A stretch of DNA of 63,707 nt, the filler included, from Octopus bimaculoides (Eukaryota), in assembly GCF_001194135.2 (NCBI RefSeq). It is 5 parts of 5 records of this genome, joined end to end, with 100 filler letters (N's around TTAATTAATTAA, not from the genome) between each part and the next. Parts side by side here need not be neighbours in the genome. Positions count along the whole stretch, not along the records: positions 1 to 28,713 come from NC_069000.1; 4 more parts are not named here. One strand, written 5' to 3'. The notes under the pieces are model-generated. The model was given only the letters and a program-made list of their open reading frames with translations. It had not been told where the DNA came from and made no database searches. Of the stretch, positions 1-12,596 are shown in pieces (the stretch's first letter is position 1; the number at the start of each line of letters is the position of its first letter). Both the position numbers and the translations under genes were made by a program.

Positions 1-277
1 CATAGATTGAGATTTAGGGTAAAACGACAGCCATCTTGACCTGTGAGCTGTTCAATCAACAAATTTTATTCAACTAAAACAATAACAATATTTAACAAAA
101 ACATCTTTAAATGACGGCTGACCGTCTGCTAAGCAAATAGGAAGCAGTAATTGAAGTAGATGGTGAATATGCTCCGGAATAATCATTTAAAGATGTTTTT
201 TGTTAAATATTGTTATTGTTTTTGTTGAATAAAATTTGTTGAAAAGAAAGCCGCAATAATTATGCACCAACCCAATA
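1..277 (+). mobile_element. Mariner-type DNA transposon, 3' end (non-autonomous or decayed)
   Basis: Transposase C-terminal remnant (gaagcagtaattgaagtagatggtgaatatgctccggaataa = EAVIEVDGEYAPE*) followed by a mariner-like terminal repeat attatgcaccaacccaat and TA. Confidence 0.6.
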
Positions 278-559
278 TAAATTTGTTCTCAATAGTTACT
301 CACCCACAAAGTAACTACCTTCTTTTGGTATCAACTACTCACTTTAGTAGTGACCATCCCAACTAATTCCAGTGAATTTATCTGACATGAAAACGAAACA
401 TTAACTATTAATAATTCTGATAAAAATTGAAAGAAGTATATTAGATCAAGAGGGGAGTTTTCCAAAACAATGGGGCTTGTCTCTTTTACTTCATGAAATA
501 TGCAAGACACCGTTAACAAACGTTAACATTGGTTCCACAAATAATAAGGGAGACGGTGT

Positions 560-2330
560 ACGATGAATAAGCTGGAAGTATGAAGCCAATCGTCAATTTG
601 TAGGTAACTCGAATTTGATGGGGGAAAGCAACGATCAAATAGATTTGTTAATGCAAGCTGTTGATGGGTTGAGTGAATCTATATAAGATGGTATTTAGCG
701 TTAAAAGAGGGTGGAGCTTTCATAGTTAAAAACGGGAAAATAATGGTAAATAAATAATGGTGGTATAATTACCGGATGAGAAAGTTATAAAAACAGAGAT
801 CGTCACTGACAGTTATAAATACTTAAGGTGTGATAGAGTTAGATTAGATAAATTAATCAAATATGAGAGAAATATTTAGAAGAGAAATACTTCAAGAGTT
901 TGAAATTAGTGTTTAAATCTAAGCTAAATCGGGAAAATAAGTTACGGGTCATTGACATCTGGTTCATATTAATGGTAAAGTTGTGTGGTGGAGGAATATT
1001 GAAGTGGAAGAAGAAACCTCTTCCCCGCTCCGCCAATAGGGGGTGGGGGAAACGGGTTTGGATAGAAAGACAGGAAAAGCAACGGGACCATACGTAAAGC
1101 ATTAGAATAATATTCCAGAACTGCTGTTCTGAGGATTTGTGTATCTCGTATAACAGTAGGCAGAAAATTAATTAATTGTGAATAATGTAAAAAGATTAAT
1201 GAAGCACATTAGTTACAAAAAAAAAAAATGGTGTGAGACAGATGTTGAAAGACTTAAAGAGGTTTGAATAGTTAAGTATAATGGATGTGTAGCATCTAAA
1301 GAATTTGAAATACGTTATCTGNNNNNNNNNNNNNNNNNNNNNNNNNNNNNNNNNNNNNNNNNNNNNNNNNNNNNNNNNNNNNNNNNNNNNNNNNNNNNNN
1401 NNNNNNNNNNNNNNNNNNNNNNNNNNNNNNNNNNNNNNNNNNNNNNNNNNNNNNNNNNNNNNNNNNNNNNNNNNNNNNNNNNNNNNNNNNNNNNNNNNNN
1501 NNNNNNNNNNNNNNNNNNNNNNNNNNNNNNNNNNNNNNNNNNNNNNNNNNNNNNNNNNNNNNNNNNNNNNNNNNNNNNNNNNNNNNNNNNNNNNNNNNNN
1601 NNNNNNNNNNNNNNNNNNNNNNAAGTTAGCATCTAATAACTTATCTACTATAAGCACAAGGTCTGAAATTGTGGAGGAGGGGTTCCTATCGATTACATCG
1701 ATCCCCAGTATTTGACTGGTACTTATTTCATCAAACCTGAAAAGATGAAAGGCAAAGGTGACCTCGGCAACATTTACATTCGGAACGTAAAGACGGAAGA
1801 AATGCCGCTAACGATCCTACCAGCTCGCCCCCTTAAATCAGCATTTAATAACAAAACCACTTCGTGCTCCTTTTGGTAGGTTGGTGTGGATATATAGAAA
1901 GGCAAAACAATAAACAGGCAATAAAAATAAAATACGCAAATGGATATACTGTGATTCAAATTGTCCAGTGGGAATTTTTTGGAATGTGTGAGTTGGAAGG
2001 AGCAGAAAAATCGCATGAACATCTGCCCTCAACGATAATTGAGTCTGAAGACATCAACATTCTTTCAAAATTTCAGCATTGATATTGAGAAGGTAGGGTG
2101 GAAAACAGTGAAGCAGATATAGTAATGAGCTGGAAAGGGGTGAATTGTGGAAAATCGTCGGTAGTGCTAAATATATGGAGATAAGGGATATGAAACTAAG
2201 GTAAAAAGTTATAGTTGAGACATCTGGAGATTTCAAACAACGGATTGCAACCTATGGTCCCTAAAGAGTATAGGTGTAGTATCATTAGTGATAGAGCCCC
2301 TAGGAACGGTTTTACGGACAGAAGGAATTT
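560..2330 (+). mobile_element. R4/Dong-clade non-LTR retrotransposon, decayed RT to C-terminal region (interrupted by a gap and a SINE)
   Basis: Remnant motifs SYKYL, KSKLNRENKLRVIDIW..GILKW and LDRKT, plus post-zinc-knuckle EGAEKSHEHLPSTIIESEDINIL; many stops and frameshifts. Confidence 0.65.
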
Positions 2331-2353
2331 TCATTAGTATTCATTCTTGTGTG

Positions 2354-2385
<32 letters not shown>

Positions 2386-2469
2386 GTGACAGTGCCCCAG
2401 CACGGGCATAACCCTTAGACTGAAACAGATGAAAAACAAGAATAAACGTGTGTGTGTTCCTTTATTCCT

Positions 2470-2830
2470 TTATTCCTTTATTCTTTTATTCTTTTATTCT
2501 TTCACTTGTTTCAGTCATTTGACTGTGGCCATGCTGGATCAACGCCTAAAAGAGTTTTTAGTCGAAGAAATCGACCTCAGGACTTATTCTTTGTAAGTCT
2601 AGCACTTATTTTGTCGGTCTTTTTTGGCTAAACTAAGGGGACAAAAACACACCAGCATCGGTTATCAAACGATGGTTGGGGGTCAAATACAGACACTCAC
2701 ACACACACAAATATATGCACACACATATATATGTGTGTGTGCGTGTATGGGGGCTTCTTTCAGTTTCCATCTACCAAATCCACTCACAAGGCTTTGGTGT
2801 ATGTGCGTGCGCAAATATATATACAGTGGC
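2470..2830 (-). mobile_element. tRNA-derived SINE, family B (tail ...gtgctccagcatggccgcagtcaaatgactgaaac + simple repeats), head truncated
   Basis: Matches other copies at about 7395-7620(+), 17740-18130(-), 22670-22960(+), 40845-41005(-), 44851-45270(-), 49760-49990(-) and 62542-62680(+). Confidence 0.8.
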
Positions 2831-3324
2831 TCACCCTAATTCTATAGTTAGAGTAATAAAATGCAACATTAATCTAACTTCTACCAACGTCATGGAAAAT
2901 TATTGATGATGAACGGAATATGTTTCAGTATTTCATTAGTGACTCCTTTTGGTACGGCTTCGCTTCAATTAGGTACGTATTTAATTAAATTATCTGTGGC
3001 AGACTGAACTATCTTTAGTCATCCAATGCTCAATGCTTCTCTCAGTCTCTTTAATTGGTGTAGCCTTCTATAAGCATCATGTGGGAACATTTTCATAGAT
3101 GGGGTTTTGAGTAACCCATTTGATTCCGTTAGTTGTTTCCGAAGCATGTAATACTTTACTTGTATGATAAGGGGCTCGTCCCACTAGACTAAAGAACTCT
3201 TTAGCATAGTAGAACTTTAAGGTCATTGGTTTTTCTCTCTCTCTCTTTCTTCCCTTCTCGCTCTCTCTCTTTCTTCCCTTCTCGCTCTCTCTCTTTCTTC
3301 CCTTCTCGCTCTCTCTCTCTCTTA

Positions 3325-3440
3325 CACAGAGTTGATCCATTCAGCCTCACCAATCTTTCCATTCTCATCCACCTTTTGATAAACTCACTAGAAGGCAGTA
3401 CCTGCCTCCCTACATTCAAGAAATTGTCGAGAGCTTCGCC
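3325..3440 (-). mobile_element. Tx1/L1-type LINE ORF2 3' fragment
   Basis: RQVLPSSEFIKRWMRMERLVRLNGSTL resembles the ORF2 end seen at about 5200-5270. Confidence 0.5.
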
Positions 3441-3476
3441 AGATAGGAAAGTGCATTATAATAATAATAATAATAA

Positions 3477-3690
3477 TAGTTTCAAATTTTTCCACAAGGG
3501 CAGCAATTTTGGGGGAAGGGATTAGTCGATTACATCGACCACAGTGTGTAACTGGTACTTATATAATCGACCACGAAAGGATGAAAGGCAAAGTCGACCT
3601 CTGTGGAATTTGAACTCAGAACGGAGCAACAGGCGATATACCGCAAAGCATTTCGTCCAGCGCGCTAATGATTCTGCCAGCACGCCGCCT
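3477..3690 (-). mobile_element. tRNA-derived SINE, family A (Nin-domain-like core gtcgactttgcctttcatcctttc...aagtaccag)
   Basis: Core recurs at about 1660-1835, 4610-4800, 7040-7197, 9805-9895, 14215-14430, 14590-14790, 37030-37230 and 62810-62990 (minus) and 9075-9257, 22410-22550 (plus). Confidence 0.8.
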
Positions 3691-3691
3691 T

Positions 3692-3745
<54 letters not shown>

Positions 3746-5079
3746 ATGAAGAAGAAGGAGATGATTATTTAAAGATACTCAACATTAGCTCCCACATGTA
3801 TATACGGAGAGACACAACAGCTAATCTATATACGTCTGACCGCCCTACTGTAAAGAAAGCACTTTGTGGCGTTCATGTACAAAACTTCACCTGTCTTTAT
3901 ACTGTAAACTTTAGCACAAACACAAACCACCAGATGGAACATAATAAATTTGACATGACTTTCTGCAATAAAAAATGACAATAGTGCGTTAATCATTGAC
4001 ATGGCAATATTGAAGAGACTGTAAATGTTGTACAGAAACGAGCTGAAAAGACAAGGAATTTGAAAGATGTGTCAGTCATTTCATTTGTAATTTGTACATC
4101 TGAAACGAGATATAGTCGCCTCTGAAACGTGCCGATGTCTATCCTGTCGAGACAGACATTAGCACGTATTAGAAATCATTAATACTACAGTCTGTGAATG
4201 TTGTTGGAATGTTTTCATAAAACATTTATCAACCTTGAACATTTGTATGTATGATTTCTCCGATAAGCCTAATTGTTTATGATGCAGGAAACAAAATTTT
4301 TACTTTATATATTATCTGGAGATTTGTAACATGCTTACAAATCTGCATGCGTAAATCTGTACAAAGAAAGTCACAATCTATTGAAATCAATCCTTAACCG
4401 GGGAAAATGAATTCCGTGTTGACCTCGGCAGGATTTTAATCCCAGAAAGTAGAGATATAAATAAAGATTAATACCGAATTTGAATTGAATTGAGCCAATT
4501 TCAGTTCACGTGCTGTGGCCATGCTGCAGCACCGCCATTTAGTTAAGTTAGTTAAATAATTTTATTCCAGGGTTCCTTAATAACCTCAGTAAATATTGTT
4601 TTCAAACTTTAGCACAAGGCCAGCGGAAGAGCCTAGGCGATTACATTGACCCCGGTGCTCAACTGTACTTTATTTAGCGACCCGGAAAGGATGAAAGGCA
4701 AAGTCAACCTCGGTGGAATTTGAACTCAGAACGTTAAGACGGACAAAATGCCGCTAAGCATTTTGTCCGACGCGCTAACGGTTCTGCCAAATTTTTGCCT
4801 TAAGCTAGCGAAGTAAATATCTTTATGAGATGAGTAAAAGACATTTAAAAATTATTTTGGTAGATATAGGTGCGGGTGTGGCTGTTAGATACAGATGCGG
4901 GTGTGGCTGTATGGTAAGATGTTTGCTTCCCAACCTCATGGTTTTGAGTTCGGTCCAACTGCAACTTGTTTTTCTTTATTCACCACTAAAGGTTCACAAT
5001 ACACATTGGGAACGGTACATTGTATTACAATGTGGGGTTGCATGAACTGAATCGTGTAAACAGTAAAAAAAGGTAACAA

Positions 5080-5760
5080 TATACATTTTAACAACGAAAA
5101 ATTCCCCAAAAGAGGGAGATTTCTTAGAGCTGATTGTAGAGACCCCACAAAACCACGGTCGCCTTGACCACTAGGGCAAGTGCCCTCTCTACATTGTCCT
5201 CCTTCAACCAGCAAGCTCATGCTTAGAGTAAGCCCGTTCACTTGGACCATTCTGGCCACATTCACTCACTTTTCATTCAATAAAGTTGCGGGGGGGGGGG
5301 CAACATTTCCCTTCTCTATTCTCGCATTCCTTTTCAAGTGAAACTTGAAAAAGTTAATGAGGGCTTGGCCAAAGGGGAATGTTTCTGTCTACAGTACTTT
5401 CAATTTGGTCCATCACACAATCTCTTTCGCTAAAATCACCAGACACACACTGCTTGCTCTTTCCAGCCAAAGGAAGGCAGCGGGACTATCTTCACAATGA
5501 ACTCAGCCGACAGCCGGATCTGTCCTACACGTGACAGCAGGTCTGGTCCCACTGAGATCTATAACATTTATACTTAGAGATCTTAGGTCGTTAAGTAGGT
5601 GGCCCTGTTTATGAGATGACCCCAGGCCACGTGCATTTATTCTATTCTGAGCAAGGCCATGTTTGTCAGTGAGAAGGAGAATCACTCACCCTGTTTCTGT
5701 GGAGAAACAGGTGTTCTGTCCTTCTGGCTATTTGTGGGTGCCACTGCAAGCATTTCTTTG
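5080..5760 (-). mobile_element. Tx1/L1-type LINE, decayed ORF2 C-terminus and 3' UTR
   Basis: Frameshifted remnants LLSRVGQIRLSAEFIVKIVPLPSF, TETFPFGQALINFFKFHLKR and VARMVQVNGLTLSMSL, typical of the post-zinc-finger end of L1/Tx1 ORF2. Confidence 0.55.
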
Positions 5761-6465
5761 TAGAATCTTTTCTTTGTGGCCTCGGAGAAATTCTGCATTT
5801 CTTTGAGATATTTTGCTTTTAGTTTATTATAAGATTTTTTGCGTTGTTTTTATAATTTTAACGTAAATATGAGTGTTATGCGGGACGCGAAGTATTCATT
5901 TATAATAACGTCTGAGTATTTTTGTGTGTTTCATTAAGTTCTTGTTTGCGTCTATGGCCATGTAATCGATGATTCCTTGAGAGTGTTCATGTTGTTGGAT
6001 TGCTATATCCTTTCGTTTGTTGAGGTGCTTATAATGTTGGTGGTGTTTGTAGTGTTGGCGATAATTGTAATTGTGTTGGTGGTGTTTTGGTTTCTGTCTC
6101 TCCTCCTCTAACTCAATCGTTTTCAGCCTTGTACCGCGCTTTTCAGCCTTCATGCTTGTGCGAAACCGTTCCCATTGTGTTGAGAAGTAAAAACGGCCGC
6201 TGTTTTCGTTGTATTAATGTTTGTGCTGGTGGTGACGATGTTAGTGCTGGTGTTGAGGTGGTGGTTGGAGGTCGTGCTTGTGTCATTTTTAATTCTAATC
6301 CACCAAGGGAAGGTATGTCGGAAGAAAGTAATTCAACAACGCGGGTTGATGAACCGTAAGACGTATGGCCAGAACTTCCTGGAAAATAACCATAGCGAGG
6401 GACATTCCACAGTTGAATTAGAACAGTCACAAACAGTGAAAGAAGACATGCACCCAACACCAGAG

Positions 6466-6613
6466 CTGAAGACACCTCCGAAAGGGGGTGGCCCCGCCAC
6501 GTCAAAACGGTAGAGGAGTAGGGGCCGAAACCGGACGTGGTTCCTCCTGATGATGTCTTGAGCTAACTGGATCCTATAAAGGAGCTGTTGTGGTAGCAGA
6601 CCACGAAACGGTT
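6466..6613 (+). ncRNA. Two tandem degenerate hammerhead-like motifs (possible Penelope pLTR remnant)
   Basis: CTGAAGA 6466-6472 ... GAAA-CCGG-AC 6527-6536, and CTGATGA 6547-6553 ... GAAA-CGG-TT 6605-6613; helix I pairing is poor. Confidence 0.3.
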
Positions 6614-7003
6614 GAAATTCCTGCTGGTCACGGCCGCTGCCGCTACTATTGCTGCTGCTGCAGTTGTTTCTGTTATTGTCTGTGATTTTTTTTCTCTCAA
6701 CCGTATCAATTAGCGGTGAGAAAATAATGTCATAATGGCTGTTCCAACAGCCATCACTTTCCTCGATTTAGGAAACCATATTGTTACTGTTTTGTTTTGT
6801 TTTGTTTTGGAATATTAAATTTTAAATCTAAATCTCAAAATTCGCTTTAAAGGATGAAGTTTTCGCCAAACCAGCTCCTTACAAGCAAAGTAAGCTGGTT
6901 TATTTAGTAAACAAACCAGCAAAATTCGAATACCAAATAATAAAACAATGAATTTTAAAGAAAACTTGTTAGCCACGAACAAGCGTCCTCTCTTTCCAAA
7001 CAC

Positions 7004-7038
<35 letters not shown>

Positions 7039-9074
7039 GCAGTTTCAAATTTTGGCACACCGGCAGCAACTTTGAGGGAGGTAATAAGATGATTTCATCG
7101 ACCCCAGTATTTCACTGGTACTTAATTTATCGATTCCGAAAAGCAAAGTCGACCTCGGCAGAATTTGAACTCAGAACGTAGCGACAGACGAAATACAANN
7201 NNNNNNNNNNNNNNNNNNNNNNNNNNNNNNNNNNNNNNNNNNNNNNNNNNNNNNNNNNNNNNNNNNNNNNNNNNNNNNNNNNNNNNNNNNNNNNNNNNNN
7301 NNNNNNNNNNNNNNNNNNNNNNNNNNNNNNNNNNNNNNNNNNNNNNNNNNNNNNNNNNNNNNNNNNNNNNNNNNNNNNNNNNNNNNNNNNNNNNCGTATA
7401 TATGTATGTGTGTGTGTTTGTGTGTCTGTTTTTGTCCCCCTAGCATTGCTTGACAACCGATGCTGGTGTGCTTATGTCCCCGTCAGCTAGCGGTTCGGTA
7501 AAAGAGACCGATAGGATAAGTACTAGGCTTCCAAAGAATAAGTCCCGGGGTCGATTTGCTCGACTAAAAGGCGGTGCTCCAGCATGGCCGCAGTCAAATG
7601 ACCGAAACAAGTAAAAGAATACCACTATGGTTACGGGGAAATACTCTTCAGCCACACAACGAGAAAGACAATGAAGATATTCTCCCTAATAATTTAATAG
7701 TCTTATATTAAGCAGTGGTACATATTCATTGCATTAAAACATTTTCTTCAAATTAATTTCCATTTTAACAAGCTTCCGGCATATCTTTGCTACCATTAGC
7801 CCGATAAGTCGAGAGTCTTGCAATATATTTGGCAGTAAACTATCGGAATTTTTTTCTTTTTTTCTTTTTCATTTTATCTTGTATTAATTTTATCGCCTCG
7901 CCAACAGTTGCAGTGGAAAAGATAAAGACCGAGTCAACCTTGGCGGGATTTGATCTCAGAACTTTAAAAAAAAAAAAAAATAGGAGGTAGAAAACTAAAT
8001 ATAGTTCGCTCTACTGTAACTGTCGTGGAGTTGTATAGACAAATAAATTGTTAGATAACAGACGAATGGGAGGAGGTCGGTGGGAAATTAAAAAACAAAT
8101 AAAACGAAAAATCTTTGTCAACAATGAACAACAGCAACAACAACAACGACGACAACTGGAACATTATCAACAATCGCAAAAAGGAAAAAGAACAACAACA
8201 GCGATAATAATAACAACAACAAGAACAAATATAATGACAACAATAACAACAACAATAACAACGACAACGCAATGGCGGCGGCGGTGGCGCTGAAAGATAA
8301 AGCATTCCTTTCTAAATTTGTAACAGGAAATGGTTAGTTGGATGGCAGAGGGTGGCGAGGATGGAGAGGCGGTGTGGTAGACCAGAAGGGTGGGGGTGGA
8401 ATGGAAAGGTAATAGTGGAATAAGAGGTGAAGGGGGTGAGGAGCAGTAGAGAAAGGATCGAGGGGTGAAGTGGAGTTGGAAGGAAGGGGGTTAAATGTGG
8501 AAGACAGATATTAAAGAATTAGGGGAGGGTGAAAGTGGGGGAGAACCTTAAATAGGTGGGGGGACGGGTTAGTTTAGATATACTGTAAAAAGAAGTTAAA
8601 TTAAAATGAAGAGGGATGGAGGAGGATGTGGTGGTACATTCTGGCATTCACCATCTAAATTATCATCTTCATCATCATTATCATCATCTTTATCTTTTCA
8701 CTTCTACCCTCTATGAGTCAACACGGGTCCCAACTCGCTAGAAATCACAGGCAGGTCTCCATACCGTCACACCTTCTCTATCTATTTGCAATACAGGGTG
8801 GTCAATAGGATCCAAACGCGGTAGTATGGTATGGAGGACAGTATGGTATCCATGCAGCGTGTTCCGCATCTCCACGTTATTGATAGAGCCGAAGGGACAA
8901 TACAGTCGTTACAATTTGGCACCAGAATCGTCGCAGGTGTTGAATGAACGAGGTTGTAGACAAAGTCGAACAACCTCAGGATCTCCCATTCCGAATTCTT
9001 TTCCTCAAGGTTTACTACCGAAGATCTTCCCATGACTAGGTATGGCCGCAAGGCAGCAGAGGTTTGGAATCAGG

Positions 9075-9257
9075 CGAGCTGGCAGAAATGTTAGCACGCC
9101 GGGCGAAATGCTTAGTTGTATTTTGTCTGCCGTTACGTTCTGAGTTCATATTCCGCCGAGGTCGACTTTGCCTTTCATCCTTTCGGGGTCGATAAATTAA
9201 GTACCAATTACGCACTGGGGTCGATATAATCGACTTAATCCCTTTGTCTGTCCTTTG
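9075..9257 (+). mobile_element. tRNA-derived SINE, family A, near full length
   Basis: ggcgagctggcagaaatgttagc head, B-box-like gagttcatattcc, Nin-like core. Confidence 0.85.
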
Positions 9258-9790
9258 TTAATTGTCATCGCTTTCCTGGTTTTTCTATCCATTTCCTCAA
9301 GCCCATGTGATCTTTTCCCTGATCTTGTACTTTCCATTGAGTCTACTTCCCATAATTAATTTGGTTCTTCTGAGATATTCTCACGCTCCTTGATTTCGTC
9401 AAACTTCAAAATACCCAGATACTTATACCCACTAGTCTCAACATTCTTGATTTTGTCAGTGTTGGATCGTTCTACACCATCAAACGATACTATTTTGCCC
9501 TTTTTTAATATAAGCATATCACACCCTTCAGTCCCAAATTCTATCCCAATATCCTAACTGAATATCTGCACTGTTGAGAGCAGACCCTTTATTTTGCATT
9601 CGGTCTTCCCGAAGATCTTTAAGTCATCCATATATAACAGATGGTTTAATTTTTCTCCATTTTTCAAGGTGTACCCCAATGTCACTTTCCGTTGTGTTTG
9701 TGTGAACGCTATCATCCAATTCACAAACAGCAACGGTGATAGGCTATCTCCCCGAAATATGCATCTCTTGATGTTAACCCTCACCATAAT
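9258..9790 (-). mobile_element. R4/Dong-clade RT fragment
   Basis: IFRGDSLSPLLF, LNHLLYMDDLKIFGK (catalytic YMDD), GYKYLG, LEEMDRKTRKAMT. Confidence 0.85.
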
Positions 9791-10021
9791 TTGTCAACAT
9801 GGTGTTAATTTATTGACCCCGAAAGGATGAAAGGCAAAGTCGACCTCGGCGAAATTTGAACTCATAACGTAACGGCAGACGAAATACCGCTAAGCAAAAA
9901 GCGATATTGATAGACTGTATGTGGTCACAGTTTACTTCATTTTACTGCGGGAATGAAAGAAATCTTGGTAAATTTACACCAGACTCAATTTCGGTATTTA
10001 ATTATTTCCCCCCTTGTTGTT

Positions 10022-10052
<31 letters not shown>

Positions 10053-10204
10053 CTCGAGCAATCGGCTCAGTTGTGTCATCGTAAGTTGTCAGAAATGCAT
10101 CCGTTTTGCAGAAAACGGTGTGAAACTATAAATTTAACAAAAAGTTTCTGAGAAAAGTGAAACATGAAGAAAATTAATTGAAATTTTGAAGTTGCGATTT
10201 TCGC

Positions 10205-10745
10205 CAAAGGAGGAAGAGGCCTCATAAGATGCAAGATCTGTGTTGCCAACGTGAACAGTCTGGGATGGTACCTCAAACAGCAGAGTGAATTCTTGTTTGC
10301 CGTTGCTGCAAATAATAGCACAGTACCTACCGAAAATGTGACGTACCCCAAAAGATCTAAGAGACAAAGAATAAACAAGTGGATAATGAAAACAATGCAT
10401 GGACGATACTTCAGAGAAATCGAAGGGAAAGGTAAGACCGACAACTGGAGATGGCTAAGGAAAAAGTGATCTGACAGGATGCACAGAAGTATTGATATGC
10501 AACCCTGGAATAAGCTCTGAGAATTAATTACACCAAGTTCCAAATGGATAAGAGCAGTGAATCACCACTTTGGAGCATGTGTGGCTGCAAAAACGAAACA
10601 GTTTCACATATTGTGAGTGAGTGTAACAAGGTGGCCCGAAGGCACTGCAAAAGGAAGCACGATAATGTGGCTAAGTTTATTAATTGGAGACTGTGGGGAA
10701 AATACGGTCGGGGCACAGCGAGGAAATGGTACAAGCATGACGCTT
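10205..10745 (+). mobile_element. R4/Dong-clade post-RT and zinc-knuckle fragment
   Basis: KGGRGLIRCKICV..NSLGWYLK, MHGRYFREIE and C..NETVSHIVSECNKVARRHCKRKHDNVAKFINWRL..KWYKH. Confidence 0.85.
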
Positions 10746-10971
10746 GTCGATGTTATTGGTATCTTATTTTATCAACTCCACATAAAAAAAAAGGTAAAGC
10801 TAGGCAGAATTTGAACTCGGAACTTAAAGAGCTGGAACGATACCGCATTTTCTTCCCCATTATTTTTCTGATGATAATGATGATGATGATTAAACACCTC
10901 GAAATATTTGATAAAAATAGAAGAATAAAACAAAACAAATAAGTAAAGACAAATGTATGTTAAATACGATG

Positions 10972-11012
<41 letters not shown>

Positions 11013-11447
11013 CACGTTTCATCTTTTACATGAATGGTGACTTAATTACGTGAAGAATTTAGGAAAAAGAAGAAAATGGCAGCTGTTCCGCTTATGAAAC
11101 AAAGAATCGGTTTAAGATTTACTGGGGCAGAAATAAACAAAAGCTTGTGGCCTGTATTTTATCACATGAACAGACGATAGCAATGATAAGTCGCCGTCTC
11201 TGTCTGTCGCTCTTCCTTACCTCACTCTCTCCCCTCTCTGCACATATATATATGTATGTGTGTGTATGTATGTGTATATATGTATGTATATATATATATA
11301 TATATATATTTGTACATACCTATCTATCTATATATATATATATATACATATACACCCACACATACATGTATGCATATGTACATATGCATACATGTATATA
11401 TGCGTGTGTCTGTATATATGTATTTGCATATATACATATATATTGTT

Positions 11448-11501
<54 letters not shown>

Positions 11502-12315
11502 NNNNNNNNNNNNNNNNNNNNNNNNNNNNNNNNNNNNNNNNNNNNNNNNNNNNNNNNNNNNNNNNNNNNNNNNNNNNNNNNNNNNNNNNNNNNNNNNNNN
11601 NNNNNNNNNNNNNNNNNNNNNNNNNNNNNNNNNNNNNNNNNNNNNNNNNNNNNNNNNNNNNNNNNNNNNNNNNNNNNNNNNNNNNNNNNNNNNNNNNNNN
11701 NNNNNNNNNNNNNNNNNNNNNNNNNNNNNNNNNNNNNNNNNNNNNNNNNNNNNNNNNNNNNNNNNNNNNNNNNNNNNNNNNNNNNNNNNNNNNNNNNNNN
11801 NNNNNNNNNNNNNNNNNNNNNNNNNNNNNNNNNNNNNNNNNNNNNNNNNNNNNNNNNNNNNNNNNNNNNNNNNNNNNNNNNNNNNNNNNNNNNNNNNNNN
11901 NNNNNNNNNNNNNNNNNNNNNNNNNNNNNNNNNNNNNNNNNNNNNNNNNNNNNNNNNNNNNNNNNNNNNNNNNNNNNNNNNNNNNNNNNNNNNNNNNNNN
12001 NNNNNNNNNNNNNNNNNNNNNNNNNNNNNNNNNNNNNNNNNNNNNNNNNNNNNNNNNNNNNNNNNNNNNNNNNNNNNNNNNNNNNNNNNNNNNNNNNNNN
12101 NCTGTTTTCCTATGTGTTCATTCTGTTGTCCGTAAAAAAAAAGTCCGTTTTTTTTGTGCTTTGTTTATGTTCCCGTTCCTTTTTTGTCCACGTTTTTTTG
12201 ACGTCCTGTACCCGGATATGCATCTATATATATATGTAGATGTAGGTATGTACATATATGTATTTATATATGTATATGCTCATATATCATTTGTATTATA
12301 TATATATACACACAC

Positions 12316-12371
<56 letters not shown>

Positions 12372-12376
<5 letters not shown>

Positions 12377-12596
12377 TTGATCAATAAGTATTCGGACTGT
12401 TGCCATAGTAACGAAGCTAAAGAACGCAGTGTGAAACTGCTTAGCACAGATTAACCTGGAACTCTGCTGTGGAAGCGCACTAAGTTTTAATGTTATAACT
12501 CAGTTCCGCTGTTTGGAGCAGTACTTGGAAGGAAGGTGTGTAACGCGTGATTGACACATTGACCATGACAGAGGAAGTTGTCATGGCGATACCTGC
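12372..12596 (+). mobile_element. Mariner 5' end (TIR plus start of transposase)
   Basis: gaggtttgatcaataagtattcggac TIR-like sequence, also present at about 46152-46180; atgacagaggaagtt resembles a mariner transposase start. Confidence 0.5.

Noticed and set aside
8782-9051. ORF 8782-9051 as a gene or LINE fragment
   Set aside because: No recognisable motif and no splice support.
11147-12373. Long ORFs in the track that span N runs (also 13267-14037, 27089-27902, 48402-49162, 51092-52381, 53271-54079, 55207-56739, 61328-62391)
   Set aside because: Open only because N and dinucleotide or triplet repeats lack stop codons. The one exception is the real CFDP1 exon inside 27089-27886.
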